A stretch of 64,000 nucleotides of DNA from a virus. Positions 30,031 to 40,900 of the stretch are shown here, piece after piece. Made by a program: the position numbers and the translations under genes. Each line of letters opens with the position of its first letter. Positions within the stretch are counted from its first letter, which is position 1. The notes under the pieces were generated by a model that was not told the DNA's origin, ran no database searches, and saw nothing but the letters and a program-made list of their open reading frames with translations. Where the stretch lies: positions 1-64,000 of IMG/VR virus record IMGVR_UViG_3300009151_000057, one strand, 5' to 3'.

Positions 30031-30195
30031 TTATTTATTCCATTTTATTAAAAGATCCCAAATTTTTAAACATGTATAAATAAAAGCAACAATTAATCCA
30101 GCAATTCTAAAAAAACCTTCTAAATTACTCCAAGATATGGCAATAGCTGCCAGATTTACGCCTGCTACCTTTCCTATATCTTGAAAATGTTCCAT
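30031..30195 (-). CDS. Small membrane protein (holin-like)
   Basis: 54 aa with two hydrophobic segments; GTGTAA 8 nt upstream. Confidence 0.55.
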   Translation of the reverse strand: MEHFQDIGKVAGVNLAAIAISWSNLEGFFRIAGLIVAFIYTCLKIWDLLIKWNK

Positions 30196-30231
30196 CTTTA
30201 TTTTTACACTGTACAATTTATAATTGATATA

Positions 30232-31104
30232 ATGAAGTATATAATTTTTCAAGTCAATGGTGGCATTGGTAAATCAATTATGGCTACTGCGGTATGTAGA
30301 GCCATCAAAAAAATGTACAAAGAACATAATTTAATTGTTTTAACTGGATATCCAGAGGTATTTATTGGGAATCCAAATATTTATAGAGTATATAGGGTTG
30401 GAATGGCTCCATATTTTTACGATGATATTGTTAGAGGAAATGAAGTTATCTTCATGTGTGATGAACCGTATTTAGCGAAGGGTTATTTAACTAAAACAAA
30501 GCATCTAACAGAAGCATGGTGTGATATTTTAGGCGTTAAATTTGATGGAGTAAAACCAGAATTATTTATTAATCCAGTTGAACAAAATAAAACAAGAATG
30601 CAATCCCCAAACGGTAAACCAATTTTAATGTTTCAACCATTTGGAGGCGGTAGTAAAGAAGTGCAGTATAGTTGGAATAGAGATATTCCACCGCACCAAG
30701 CTCAAATGATCGCTAATACACTAGGTCAAAAATTTCATGTTGTGCAAATTTGTAGGGAAGATCAAATTAAATTACAAAATGTACAACATGTACATGCACC
30801 ATTTAGAGACTTATTTGGTTTGATTAATAGCGCAAATGCATTATTAGCAATTGATAGCTTCATGCAACATACTGCCGCAGCTTTAAATAAAAATGCTGTT
30901 GTTTGTTGGGTAACGAATAAACCAGATGTTTTTGGGTATAAAAATCATAAAAATATTTTACCAGATTCAAAACTTAAAGTAGTCAATAACTGCACTGTAG
31001 AAGGCTATATTGAAGAGTACGATTTTTCTGGACATCGCACGCATGATTATCCATACTCATCCGCAGACGTTTTCGATCTAAATGAAATTATCAAAAACTT
31101 CTAA
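30232..31104 (+). CDS. GT9-like glycosyltransferase
   Basis: GGIGKSIMAT, FIGNPNI, IDSFMQHTAAAL. Confidence 0.8.
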   Translation: MKYIIFQVNGGIGKSIMATAVCRAIKKMYKEHNLIVLTGYPEVFIGNPNIYRVYRVGMAPYFYDDIVRGNEVIFMCDEPYLAKGYLTKTKHLTEAWCDILGVKFDGVKPELFINPVEQNKTRMQSPNGKPILMFQPFGGGSKEVQYSWNRDIPPHQAQMIANTLGQKFHVVQICREDQIKLQNVQHVHAPFRDLFGLINSANALLAIDSFMQHTAAALNKNAVVCWVTNKPDVFGYKNHKNILPDSKLKVVNNCTVEGYIEEYDFSGHRTHDYPYSSADVFDLNEIIKNF

Positions 31105-31111
31105 CATAAAA

Positions 31112-31333
31112 ATGAATATACAACCTGTAGAACAAGTATCGAATTATATGGCTCTTCAACCATTGTTTAGGGCAATGGATAAAGCTAATGATAATACGCC
31201 CGAAAATTCCCTTCCAATCAATACAGAAGGGACTATACAAGAAAATGCACATTCTTTACCACAGGTAACAATTTATAATGAGCATGGAATTATTAATAAG
31301 CAACCACCTAATAGTTTAATAGCTTACGCATAA
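31112..31333 (+). CDS. Hypothetical protein
   Basis: ORF followed by terminator; start uncertain (31082 or 31112). Confidence 0.55.
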   Translation: MNIQPVEQVSNYMALQPLFRAMDKANDNTPENSLPINTEGTIQENAHSLPQVTIYNEHGIINKQPPNSLIAYA

Positions 31334-31355
31334 AAATTAATTCTTTTCATATAAT

Positions 31356-31386
31356 AAAAAAACCCCGTTAAAATAACGGGGTTTTT
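31356..31386. terminator. Bidirectional intrinsic terminator
   Basis: A7-CCCCGTTA-AAA-TAACGGGG-T5 between convergent genes. Confidence 0.85.
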
Positions 31387-31404
31387 AATTGCATATTTTT
31401 AAAA

Positions 31405-31662
31405 TTAAATGGTTGCATCTGATAATGCAGAGATAAAAGTTTGCACAGATGCTAATAGACTTTCATTGCTCCATTCGGGATTATCATAATTTTCATTAGA
31501 AAGATTACCCAATTCTACGGGATGCTGAACACCCTCAAGCCATACGATAACCTTCTTTGCAAGAGGATCATCTAATATTCTTTGAATAACTACTTTTTCT
31601 AAGGTAATTACTTCTGCCTGTCTTACTGTTAATGTTTTTGGAGATTGAAGTTGGAATTCCAT
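31405..31662 (-). CDS. Hypothetical (probable virion-associated) protein
   Basis: Last ORF of a minus-strand operon. Confidence 0.65.
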   Translation of the reverse strand: MEFQLQSPKTLTVRQAEVITLEKVVIQRILDDPLAKKVIVWLEGVQHPVELGNLSNENYDNPEWSNESLLASVQTFISALSDATI

Positions 31663-31712
31663 ATATAATAAATGATAAAATTTAAAAAATTAAATTCTAT
31701 TTTAAAAATAAA

Positions 31713-32390
31713 TTAATCTATACCAGCATCTATATTATTATTATTTTGAGCGTCTCCTTCTAAACCACCATTAAGATCCATAAATTGATCAGATGCTAAA
31801 TTAAATAAAGAATTAGGAGGAAATATACCATTTTGCAAAGAATTTTCTACAACTTGCGGAGAAAATTCTATTTTTTCTTTGTTTATATTCTGTATAACTT
31901 CTATTTTTGAAGTCCATTTCATTTTTGTTTGAAATGAATCTGTAAATTGATATTTAATTCCACTATCAGTAGAAAAAATTTGAACATTAAAGTCAGGTCT
32001 AGTCTGGGCTAAAAGTGAAGAACACGATTGAATTATATCAAAACAAGAATTTGCTTCTGAAAAAACAAAAGAATTTAATTCAGTATTAAAATATTCGCTT
32101 TGCGATCCATCAGCATATTCCCCTATAGCAATAATATTATTTTTTATAAACCATCCTTGCGTTAAATATGAATGATCCAAATTAATATGCAAATATCCTG
32201 TTGAATTTTCGAAACCAGAAAACCCAAATCCTTCTGTATTATTTTCGCAAACCATATATAAAAATTGATTTGCGCCAGTTTGTTGTATTGAATTTGAAAA
32301 AACAAATTGACCAGAACAAGCTACGCTACCATTACATCCAAAAGATGGAAAACCTTTTAATGAATTAGATGTTCTTCTGTAAAGAGGCAT
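31713..32390 (-). CDS. Hypothetical (probable virion) protein
   Basis: Beta-rich ORF, tightly coupled to neighbour. Confidence 0.65.
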   Translation of the reverse strand: MPLYRRTSNSLKGFPSFGCNGSVACSGQFVFSNSIQQTGANQFLYMVCENNTEGFGFSGFENSTGYLHINLDHSYLTQGWFIKNNIIAIGEYADGSQSEYFNTELNSFVFSEANSCFDIIQSCSSLLAQTRPDFNVQIFSTDSGIKYQFTDSFQTKMKWTSKIEVIQNINKEKIEFSPQVVENSLQNGIFPPNSLFNLASDQFMDLNGGLEGDAQNNNNIDAGID

Positions 32391-32391
32391 A

Positions 32392-32868
32392 TTAAAGTCT
32401 ATAATAAATATTAGTCATTAATCCAACACCATTATTACCTTGCCAACCAAATAAACCTTCTTTATCTGTAGTTATCCTAGTTGTAATTCCTTGGAATCCA
32501 TCAATTGAATATGTAAAATTTTGATCCAATGTAGATTGAGCATAAATTGGATACGTCAATACTGAAGAGCCTGTATTATATCCAGAAAATTGAATATAAA
32601 GAGGTTCATCATTTAAATTATTATCAACAAAAAATCCAGCAAGTTTAGTAGCTGCTTGACTAACCTCAATAGATTTACCAGATAAATTTAATACTCTACA
32701 TACAGAGGCGCTTGGAGGTCTAAATTCAAAAGAAGATCCATCTGCTCCAGCTAAGTCAGCTGGAGTTAAAGGTCGCCACTCTCCATCATTACCATCATAT
32801 ATATAATTCAGCAAAGGAGATACTTTGCCATGACTTATAGCAGACGATGGAAATACTGGATTAGGCAT
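32392..32868 (-). CDS. Hypothetical (probable virion) protein
   Basis: Beta-sandwich-like composition. Confidence 0.65.
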   Translation of the reverse strand: MPNPVFPSSAISHGKVSPLLNYIYDGNDGEWRPLTPADLAGADGSSFEFRPPSASVCRVLNLSGKSIEVSQAATKLAGFFVDNNLNDEPLYIQFSGYNTGSSVLTYPIYAQSTLDQNFTYSIDGFQGITTRITTDKEGLFGWQGNNGVGLMTNIYYRL

Positions 32869-32869
32869 T

Positions 32870-33112
32870 TTAACTATATGAAATTATTCCACTACCAACG
32901 GAAGCTTTTATAGTATTAAAAGCTACTGGATTTGGAAAAGAAATATAGCCATCGGTAGGAACGTGTATCGGAAACACGGAATCAACAGTTATAACAATAG
33001 AAGAATTATATGGATTATAAATACCATGTAGTAATCCTCCACCACTTATGCTATAATCAGAAGTGCCTGTTACACTATGTAGTTTACTAACTTTAAAATA
33101 ATTACCATTCAT
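32870..33112 (-). CDS. Hypothetical (probable virion) protein
   Basis: GTGTAA 10 nt upstream; beta-rich. Confidence 0.65.
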   Translation of the reverse strand: MNGNYFKVSKLHSVTGTSDYSISGGGLLHGIYNPYNSSIVITVDSVFPIHVPTDGYISFPNPVAFNTIKASVGSGIISYS

Positions 33113-33165
33113 ATCTAAATTTTTACACTTTCTAGAAAGAGTCTCCTTTATTATTATAATCAGAT

Positions 33166-33633
33166 ATGAAATTTAGTCTATATAAACCTAATCCTAAAAA
33201 TACAGGATGCGCTTTCCAATTTAAAATAGGCCAAGGAAAAGGCGAAGAAAAGGCTTTGTATGTTAGCGCCATTCAACAAGCTTCGTGGAATGAAAATACA
33301 AGAACTGGATCTTTTTCGGAAAATGCCAAAGTTCCAGAAAAAAATTTAAATATTAAATTAAATGAAAATGAAATCGGTGGAATGCTATATGCGGTTCGTC
33401 AATATAAGGATTTCTCAGCATTTCATACTTTTGAAGAGAATAAAACGCAAATTTCTTTTAAACCATATCAAAAGAAAGATGGAACTGATGCATTTTCGTT
33501 TTCTATTTCTAGAAATGGCAATCAAAAGTTCGGGATTGGTATTGAATTGGGGGAAGCTGAAGCTTTGTCTGAATTTTTAAAATTTACATTGACCGAAATC
33601 TATTACAACAGAAAAATAACTTCACAAGAATAA
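33166..33633 (+). CDS. Whirly-like ssDNA-binding protein
   Basis: Duplicated strands-plus-helix pattern: FSLYK, W, KL...EIG, FH, FSFSI, I...EA..L..F. Confidence 0.55.
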   Translation: MKFSLYKPNPKNTGCAFQFKIGQGKGEEKALYVSAIQQASWNENTRTGSFSENAKVPEKNLNIKLNENEIGGMLYAVRQYKDFSAFHTFEENKTQISFKPYQKKDGTDAFSFSISRNGNQKFGIGIELGEAEALSEFLKFTLTEIYYNRKITSQE

Positions 33634-35528
33634 TGAAGAAAAAAATTCTATTCCATTCGAACTTTTCAAGAGCTTTCACAGGCTTTGGAAAGAATTGTAA
33701 AAATATATTAAAATATTTATTTTCAACTGGCAAATACGAAATAATTGAAGCTGCAAATGGAATAGCGTTTGATTCCCAAGATTGTAAGAGACAACCTTGG
33801 AAATGTTATGGAACATATCCACCACCTCAAAAAGCAGAACAATTAAAAGCACAAAATCCAGGCATTGATCATGCACTTGGATACGGAGCTGGAATGATTG
33901 ACGAAATCATTAAACTAGAAAAACCAGACATCTATATTGGAGTAGAAGATATTTGGGGCTTTAATGGATATTGGGATAAACCTTGGTGGAATAAAATTAA
34001 TTCTATAGTTTGGACGACATTAGACAGCTTACCAATTTTACCAGACGCAGTAAATGCAGCTCCTAAAATCAAACATTATTATGTATGGGCAACTTTTGCG
34101 CAAAAGGCATTAAATGAACTTGGATATAATGTTAATACGCTAAGAGGATCAATTGATATTCAAAATTTCTATAAATTACCAGCAGAACAAAGACAAAATC
34201 TTAGAAAAAAATTAAATTTAAACGATGAGTTCATTGTTGGTTTTGTTTTTAGAAACCAGTTAAGAAAGTCTGTTCCAAATTTATTGGATGGATTTAATTC
34301 ATTTGTAAAAAATAATCCGCAATCTAAAGCAAAATTACTGTTACATACAAACTGGTCAGAAGGTTGGGATATCCCAAGGCTTTTAAGAGAAAAAAATATC
34401 TCAACAGATTTGGTATTAACAACTTATGTTTGTCATGCTTGCGGATCTTATGAAATTAGACCATTTACAAGACAAGCTATGCCTTGCAAAAGCTGCAGAG
34501 CCGAAAACTCACAGCATACCACTAGCACAGTTGCTGGAATTTCAGAAAGTCAATTGAATGAAATTTATAATTTAATGGACGTATACTGCCATCCATTTAC
34601 AAGTGGTGGGCAAGAAATTCCTATTCAAGAAGCTAAATTAACAGAATTAATTACTCTTGTAACAAACTATTCATGCGGGGAAGACAACTGCACGGAAGAA
34701 AGCGGTGGTTTTCCATTAGATTGGACCGAATATAGAGAGCCAGGCACTCAGTTTATTAAGGCGTCAACATTACCAGAAAGTATTTGTTCTAGAATAGAGC
34801 AAGTATTTTTAATGGACGAAAAAACAAAACAAGAAATCGGTACGAAAGCTCGACAATGGACGATTGAAAATTTTTCCACAGAAGTTATTGGTAAAAAATT
34901 AGAAGAAATTTTTGATTCTATGCCAGATGTAAATTTTGAAAATTTATTTGAAGAAAAGAAATGCAACCCAAATTATCAACCCATCGATAATGTCTCAAAC
35001 GAAGATTTTATTATAGATTTATATAAAAATATTTTAAACGAAGAAGTAGATAAAAATCATGCATTTTTTATTGAATGGATGAACCAATTCAGAAATGGTA
35101 TGACCAGAGATTCATTATATCAAAATATAATAAATCAAGCAATTCAAAAAATAAATCAACCAAAGCAAGTAGAATTTAAAGATATTTTAGATCAACACGA
35201 TGAAGGAAGAAGATTAGCGGTAGTTATCCCTCAGTCAGGAGGAGATGTATTGATGGTGAATGCCCTTTTAGAAAATTTAAAAATTCTTTATAAAGATTTA
35301 AACTTATATATTTTTACAGATCCTAGATTTTTTGATCTAATTAGAGATAATCCAGCGGTACATAAAGTTTTACCATATTCACCAATTTGTGATAATCTTT
35401 TATTCCTAGAAGGGCAAGGATCGCATAAAGGATTTTTTGAAATAGCTTTTTTACCATATATAACAACACAAAAAATATATGGCTATCATCACAACGGAAA
35501 AGATAAGATTCAATTTTCATTAAAATAA
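33633..35528 (+). CDS. Multidomain glycosyltransferase (GT4-like with CxxC insert, plus C-terminal GT9-like N-lobe)
   Basis: TGFG, RNQLRK, HPFTSGGQEIPIQEA; C-terminal GDVLMVNALL...DNPAVHKV. Confidence 0.85.
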   Translation: MKKKILFHSNFSRAFTGFGKNCKNILKYLFSTGKYEIIEAANGIAFDSQDCKRQPWKCYGTYPPPQKAEQLKAQNPGIDHALGYGAGMIDEIIKLEKPDIYIGVEDIWGFNGYWDKPWWNKINSIVWTTLDSLPILPDAVNAAPKIKHYYVWATFAQKALNELGYNVNTLRGSIDIQNFYKLPAEQRQNLRKKLNLNDEFIVGFVFRNQLRKSVPNLLDGFNSFVKNNPQSKAKLLLHTNWSEGWDIPRLLREKNISTDLVLTTYVCHACGSYEIRPFTRQAMPCKSCRAENSQHTTSTVAGISESQLNEIYNLMDVYCHPFTSGGQEIPIQEAKLTELITLVTNYSCGEDNCTEESGGFPLDWTEYREPGTQFIKASTLPESICSRIEQVFLMDEKTKQEIGTKARQWTIENFSTEVIGKKLEEIFDSMPDVNFENLFEEKKCNPNYQPIDNVSNEDFIIDLYKNILNEEVDKNHAFFIEWMNQFRNGMTRDSLYQNIINQAIQKINQPKQVEFKDILDQHDEGRRLAVVIPQSGGDVLMVNALLENLKILYKDLNLYIFTDPRFFDLIRDNPAVHKVLPYSPICDNLLFLEGQGSHKGFFEIAFLPYITTQKIYGYHHNGKDKIQFSLK

Positions 35529-35529
35529 T

Positions 35530-36681
35530 ATGGCTCATTTAATAGAAGAATACGCTAAATCGCTTGGTGTTAAAATTGGCAAACCAATTATAGCTGATCA
35601 TTTTTTTCCAGTCGCTCATGATAAATACATTACAATTCATTGCGACAATAAAATTGATTCCAAATACTACGAATACTTTCCACAAGTCTTGAATTTAATA
35701 AGAGAAACTTTACATACTCAAGGGTATGCAATTTATCAAATCGGCGGTCCAGAAGATCCAAAATTAAATGTTGATGGACACTTTTTACATTTAAATTATA
35801 AACAATCTAGTTTTTTAATAAAAAATTCAAAGCTGCATGTTGGAATAGACAGTTTACCAGTTCATATCGCAAGTATTTATGATATTCCAATTGTAGTGTT
35901 ATATTCTCATGTATATCCAGCTCATGCAAAACCATATTGGAGTAGTGAAGATAAGTTGATTATATTAGATGCGGATAGAGGTGAAAACAAACCATCTTAT
36001 GGTTACCAAGAAGATCCAAAGACTATCAGAAGCATAAAGCCAGAAACAATTGCTAATTCTATTTTTAAACTTTTAAAAATTAATGGAGAAGTTAATTTCT
36101 GTACCAAATATATAGGATCTCATTACCATCTTGACTTTGTAGAAGTCGTTCCTGACTTCAAAGCAGATTTAGCTGATAAATCAAAAACATTATATTTAAG
36201 AGCTGATTTACATTTTAACGAAGATAATATTCTTTTTTGGTTATCTCAGTGCAGGTGCAATATTATAACTAATAAACCAATTGATATTAATATATTAAAA
36301 TTAGCTCAGTCTAATGTTAACCATCTATATTTAAAAACAACGGATTTGCAGGATAAATATTTAGAAAATTTAAAAAGGAGTAAAATAAATTTTACAATTT
36401 GTTGCGACAATGAAGATTCCATAGCCGAAGTAAAAAATAAATTTTTTGAATATAGGGTTGAGTTTGATAATTGGAAAGAAAGAGCTGAAAAAGTACAAAA
36501 AAATAATTGTAATTTTTTAACAAACAAAGTTCTTTTATCAAATGGGCAGCTATATCCAAGCGAATGTCATCTAAAAATTGGAAAACAACTTGACAATTTA
36601 AATCAAGTGATTTATGATGATATAAATTTTTGGAAAGAAGCAGAACATTTTTTATTCTATGAAAGAACAAGTACAAACTGA
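35530..36681 (+). CDS. GT9-like glycosyltransferase (C-lobe-first)
   Basis: YITIH, IYQIGG, HVGIDSLPVHIAS. Confidence 0.8.
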   Translation: MAHLIEEYAKSLGVKIGKPIIADHFFPVAHDKYITIHCDNKIDSKYYEYFPQVLNLIRETLHTQGYAIYQIGGPEDPKLNVDGHFLHLNYKQSSFLIKNSKLHVGIDSLPVHIASIYDIPIVVLYSHVYPAHAKPYWSSEDKLIILDADRGENKPSYGYQEDPKTIRSIKPETIANSIFKLLKINGEVNFCTKYIGSHYHLDFVEVVPDFKADLADKSKTLYLRADLHFNEDNILFWLSQCRCNIITNKPIDINILKLAQSNVNHLYLKTTDLQDKYLENLKRSKINFTICCDNEDSIAEVKNKFFEYRVEFDNWKERAEKVQKNNCNFLTNKVLLSNGQLYPSECHLKIGKQLDNLNQVIYDDINFWKEAEHFLFYERTSTN

Positions 36682-37435
36682 AGTCGAAACACATCCACCA
36701 GCAGAAACTCAAGTTGAAAGCAAATTCAAATTCAACCAAGATGGCTCCATTAATTGGAGAGCGATGGTTAAGTCAGAATATCTTTACCCCAATAAAGAGT
36801 GGTTTGAACTGCGTGGGAAGCCTATTCCTGACTCTGCAGACGGATTAGCAGACAATCAGCTTTTAATTAAACTTGGGGGTCTTAAAGAGCTTGCAAAGCT
36901 TAGGGGCTACAATCAAGTTTCATACGAAGTGATTAAATGTGATAGAGATTACGTGGTTGTTAAGTGCAAAATCCACTGGAAAGCTTTGAGGGATGCTGCT
37001 CCATCGATGGTTATTCTAGAAGATCCTTGCGCTTTTGAAGATATGGCTAATGCCACTCTTGAAAATACAAACGATTTCTGTGCGAAATTCCTAGAAACAA
37101 TTGCTACAAATCGTGCATTTGTTCGTTGTGTTCGCAACTACCTTGGAATTAATATTGTCGGTGATGATGAAATTGACAAATCAAAAAATAATAAAATTGT
37201 TTCAAATTTTAAGAAAGAAGAAACTATTGAAATTGCCGATATTTCTCCCCAAGCTCTATTAAGCGCTCATGTAAATAAAACTTTAGGCATAAACACATTT
37301 GAAGATTTTTTGGATCATTTGCGCCAAATGTGGAAAGATAAGACTTATCAAAACGAAGATATTGTAAATTGGAAAAGTTACTCTTCAATTCCCGCTAAAG
37401 AGTGTAGAAAATTAATTTTCTTAATCAAACAATGA
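36659..37435 (+). CDS. Possible single-strand annealing protein (Rad52/Sak-like)
   Basis: GL.ELA, VVVKC.I, A.NRAFVR.VR..LGI; TTGACA-17-TATGAT at 36590-36618. Confidence 0.5.
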   Translation: MKEQVQTEVETHPPAETQVESKFKFNQDGSINWRAMVKSEYLYPNKEWFELRGKPIPDSADGLADNQLLIKLGGLKELAKLRGYNQVSYEVIKCDRDYVVVKCKIHWKALRDAAPSMVILEDPCAFEDMANATLENTNDFCAKFLETIATNRAFVRCVRNYLGINIVGDDEIDKSKNNKIVSNFKKEETIEIADISPQALLSAHVNKTLGINTFEDFLDHLRQMWKDKTYQNEDIVNWKSYSSIPAKECRKLIFLIKQ

Positions 37436-37905
37436 GTTCTCAATCACTAGTAAAAAAGATCACTTCTCTTGAAGAAGCCGAGCAGGTATCAAAAGATATT
37501 CAAGAATTGTTTCAAGAAGATAATGAAAAATATAGACACGCTTTAGATTTAAAGCATGATTGTACATTAATTGCAAAATCTATATGTCATGAATCTTTAT
37601 TGCTATGGAATATACATGCATGGGCACATTTTAATGGTGAAAAGTGGGATGCAATGTTCATAGGAATGATTAGAAAATCGGAAAAATTTGGTAAAAAATT
37701 CATGGATGAATATCTTTGGTTATCAAAAAATTCAGTTGCTGGCATGAGGCTTTACAAAGAAGCATTAGATTTTGCTAGAAAACAAAATTGTGAATATATT
37801 TCTATGAATGTAACTGAAAGTCATCCACTTTCTCAGAAAATTAAAAAATTCTATCTAAGAAGTGGATTTCAAAAAGACGTTGAAACTTATATTAAAAAAC
37901 TTTAA
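37432..37905 (+). CDS. GNAT-like acetyltransferase fold protein
   Basis: GMRLY..A..FAR...C..I; KFY.RSGF. Confidence 0.6.
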   Translation: MSSQSLVKKITSLEEAEQVSKDIQELFQEDNEKYRHALDLKHDCTLIAKSICHESLLLWNIHAWAHFNGEKWDAMFIGMIRKSEKFGKKFMDEYLWLSKNSVAGMRLYKEALDFARKQNCEYISMNVTESHPLSQKIKKFYLRSGFQKDVETYIKKL

Positions 37906-40900
37906 TAAGTTATTAAAGTAATTGACCTAGTAGTTTCTGGAGAGAAGCTATATAAACTACCTACAACTGAGGGTGCAACGTCCACAAAAGGTGCGGACGC
38001 TTGCACCCCAAGTGTATACGAACCTTGTTCATAAATAGCTGGTAATTGATAATTGTAAATATATTTATTTGTATTTCTATCAATTGAATCTGCGTTTATA
38101 GTTGCTATAAAATTTTGAGTTTGTTTAGATGGCGTTTTTACGTATACCGTATACGTTTTTGCATTTAAAACAGCATTCCATTGTAAGGATAAATAACTTG
38201 AACCATTAAATTGAATTAAAGATAGATCTATTATTATTGGAGTTGTAAGATAATTTGCTTTTATTGCTTGCGAACTAGCATTATATGCATTTAAAAAATT
38301 AAATGTATTTTCTAAATTGTCAATATAAGCACCCTCTTCAATCTCTTTGAATTTATTGCTATCATATTCTGCGGCTACTATATTGTATTCATTTATATAG
38401 TTTTCTGATATAGAATTTATTTTAAATATTTTATTCTTTTTATTTAAAATATTTAAAGAATAAGTACTTCCAATTGGAATACATAATGGATCATATGAAG
38501 TTTTTATTTTTGAAAAATTATTCGTATAATTCAAACTTGAATTATTAGATCCAAAATATCCATTGTCTGATAATGTTGTATTTTTTCCAGATTTTGTAAC
38601 GTATAACTCAGTATATTGATTATATCCACCTTTTTCTGTATAAATACCTGTATATATGCCACTATAAGAACCAGTTGAATATCCAGTTATATAAAAACTT
38701 TCTATTGAAGGTCTATCAGATTCTATTAAACTGTTATATGGAATTGTATTTTTATTGTAAGTTAAAATATTAAAACTAGGAATTAAATTTGTATTATTAA
38801 AAAATGTATAATTTGATTTTGGATTAAAAAATATAGCTGATGTATAATCATTAGTTGTATAACCACCATTATAATTCATCAAACATAATACTGCAGTATT
38901 AAAGTACTCCCATATATAAGGTAAATTTGCGCTAGTATTTTCAATATTTTTATTAGTAGTATCAAATTTAACTACCGCCACAGAACTATTCATTTGCCAA
39001 AAACCATCAGAAGCATTATTGTAAATATCTTTACCTTTAACATAACATAAAAAAACAGATACACAATCTATATAACAGCATTTTGTTGATGAATCGGGAG
39101 TTTTATATACTGGATGCGCTGGTAAATATGTAAAACAAGCATTTATTTTATAATAATTTATAATATCAGAAATTGAAGAAAGTGTTTCAGTTGTATAATT
39201 TATATCTGAAAGTAAACCGCACCAACCATTTACAGAAGTATTTAAAACTCCATTTAAATAGCTGTTATATGTTGAAGTAAAAGGTGTTGCAGTACCAAAA
39301 AAAGCACATGTTGTAAGACTACCCCTTCTAGCAAAAACATTTAAAAAATTCTTATCTATAGAAAATGTATTTGGAGTGCTTGTTGTATAACTCTTCATAT
39401 CCTCATATTTTGGTTTTGCAACAGGAGTATATAAGGAAATTTCATTAGTATTATAAATACCAGAATCTAAAATAGTATCTATAACAACTTTAAAAGAGTT
39501 ATCATCAATATTTTTTATATCTTTAATATAACCAAAATTTTTATTCGCATTATACATTTCATCTTTTATATAAAGAAGATCGCCAGGCTTATAAAGCAAC
39601 GCTTTTAAATCTGTTGTAAATGTGACATTTGTAAGTTCTTTACCAACTTGATATAAGAAATGCTTACCTATTCTCCTTGCTTGTCCTCTAGATGTTGTTC
39701 CAAGAGTCGTTAAAGATTTCTTTAAAATACCCTTTTTTCTAATTCCATCTGAATCCTCAACATATTCAATTTTTGGTTTGAAGTTATCCTTTGAATCCAT
39801 ATACGATACATCAACAGCAGTGAATTCATCATCTTTTTTGTGATTTGTATAATTAAAAATTCCCTCTTTTACATCATTGTTAGTAAATTCCCCGATGGGA
39901 GGTTTGATTCTATCGCAATCAAATGTTATTAATGAATTCATATAGTAAACAGAACCTCTAAATGTAGAAGCTACTTGATTTAACATATCAAATAAATTAA
40001 ATCTATCTTTAATTAAAACATTAAATGTAAATCTCGGTTCTATGCCCCCATATGTGTCAGGAACGCCATAGTAAAATCCATTATCATCCACTTTATCGCA
40101 CCATCTTGATATTTTATATAATTCCCAAATATCAATTTGATTTGACTCAATATAATTTCCTAATCCATATCTCTTGTTTACTAAAAGATCCATTAATATC
40201 CAAGCTGGATTATTTGTCCAAGCTAATTTAAATGTTCCATCCCAATCTCCTTGATATATACAAGCGGCTCCATTGGAAGTTGTATACCTTAAATCATCTC
40301 CATCCTCATTAAATGCAAAATAATTAGAAGGAATTAATACTTTTTTTAATTTTGCATCAAATGTCCTATTAGGAACTTGAGAAAATGCTCTTGAATCTAT
40401 TTTTGTTCCAACAATTGCAGAAAAAGGATACGAAAATCTTTGAGGAATAATTTCGGTTACTTTATTTAAATTAATTGATTTTTGAATTAATGAAGATAAA
40501 GTTTCATGAGATAATTTAGTAACTTTAACATATCTTCTAATAGATTTTCCATAAGCATCTAATTTTGCTGCTGGTAACTTAATGCTATCTGAGGACGTTG
40601 CTTGCCAAGTACCATCCCAAAGATTTGTAGCGCAAACTTGAAAATACTCTATTTTTAATACATTAGCAAGACTTACATTAGTGGAAGTATAATCTGTCTC
40701 ATAATAACCATCGTGATAATTATCATTATTATCGTAATATCCATCAACCCATCTTTGCGCACTTGTCGTCACAACTTTATTACCATCTAAATTAACATTT
40801 TGACACATTACACCGCCTACAAAATCTATATCGCTTGGTATACAACCATAAATTTTAAATAAATATTTGAAACAGTTCCAAGTCAAAGAATCATAGTTTG

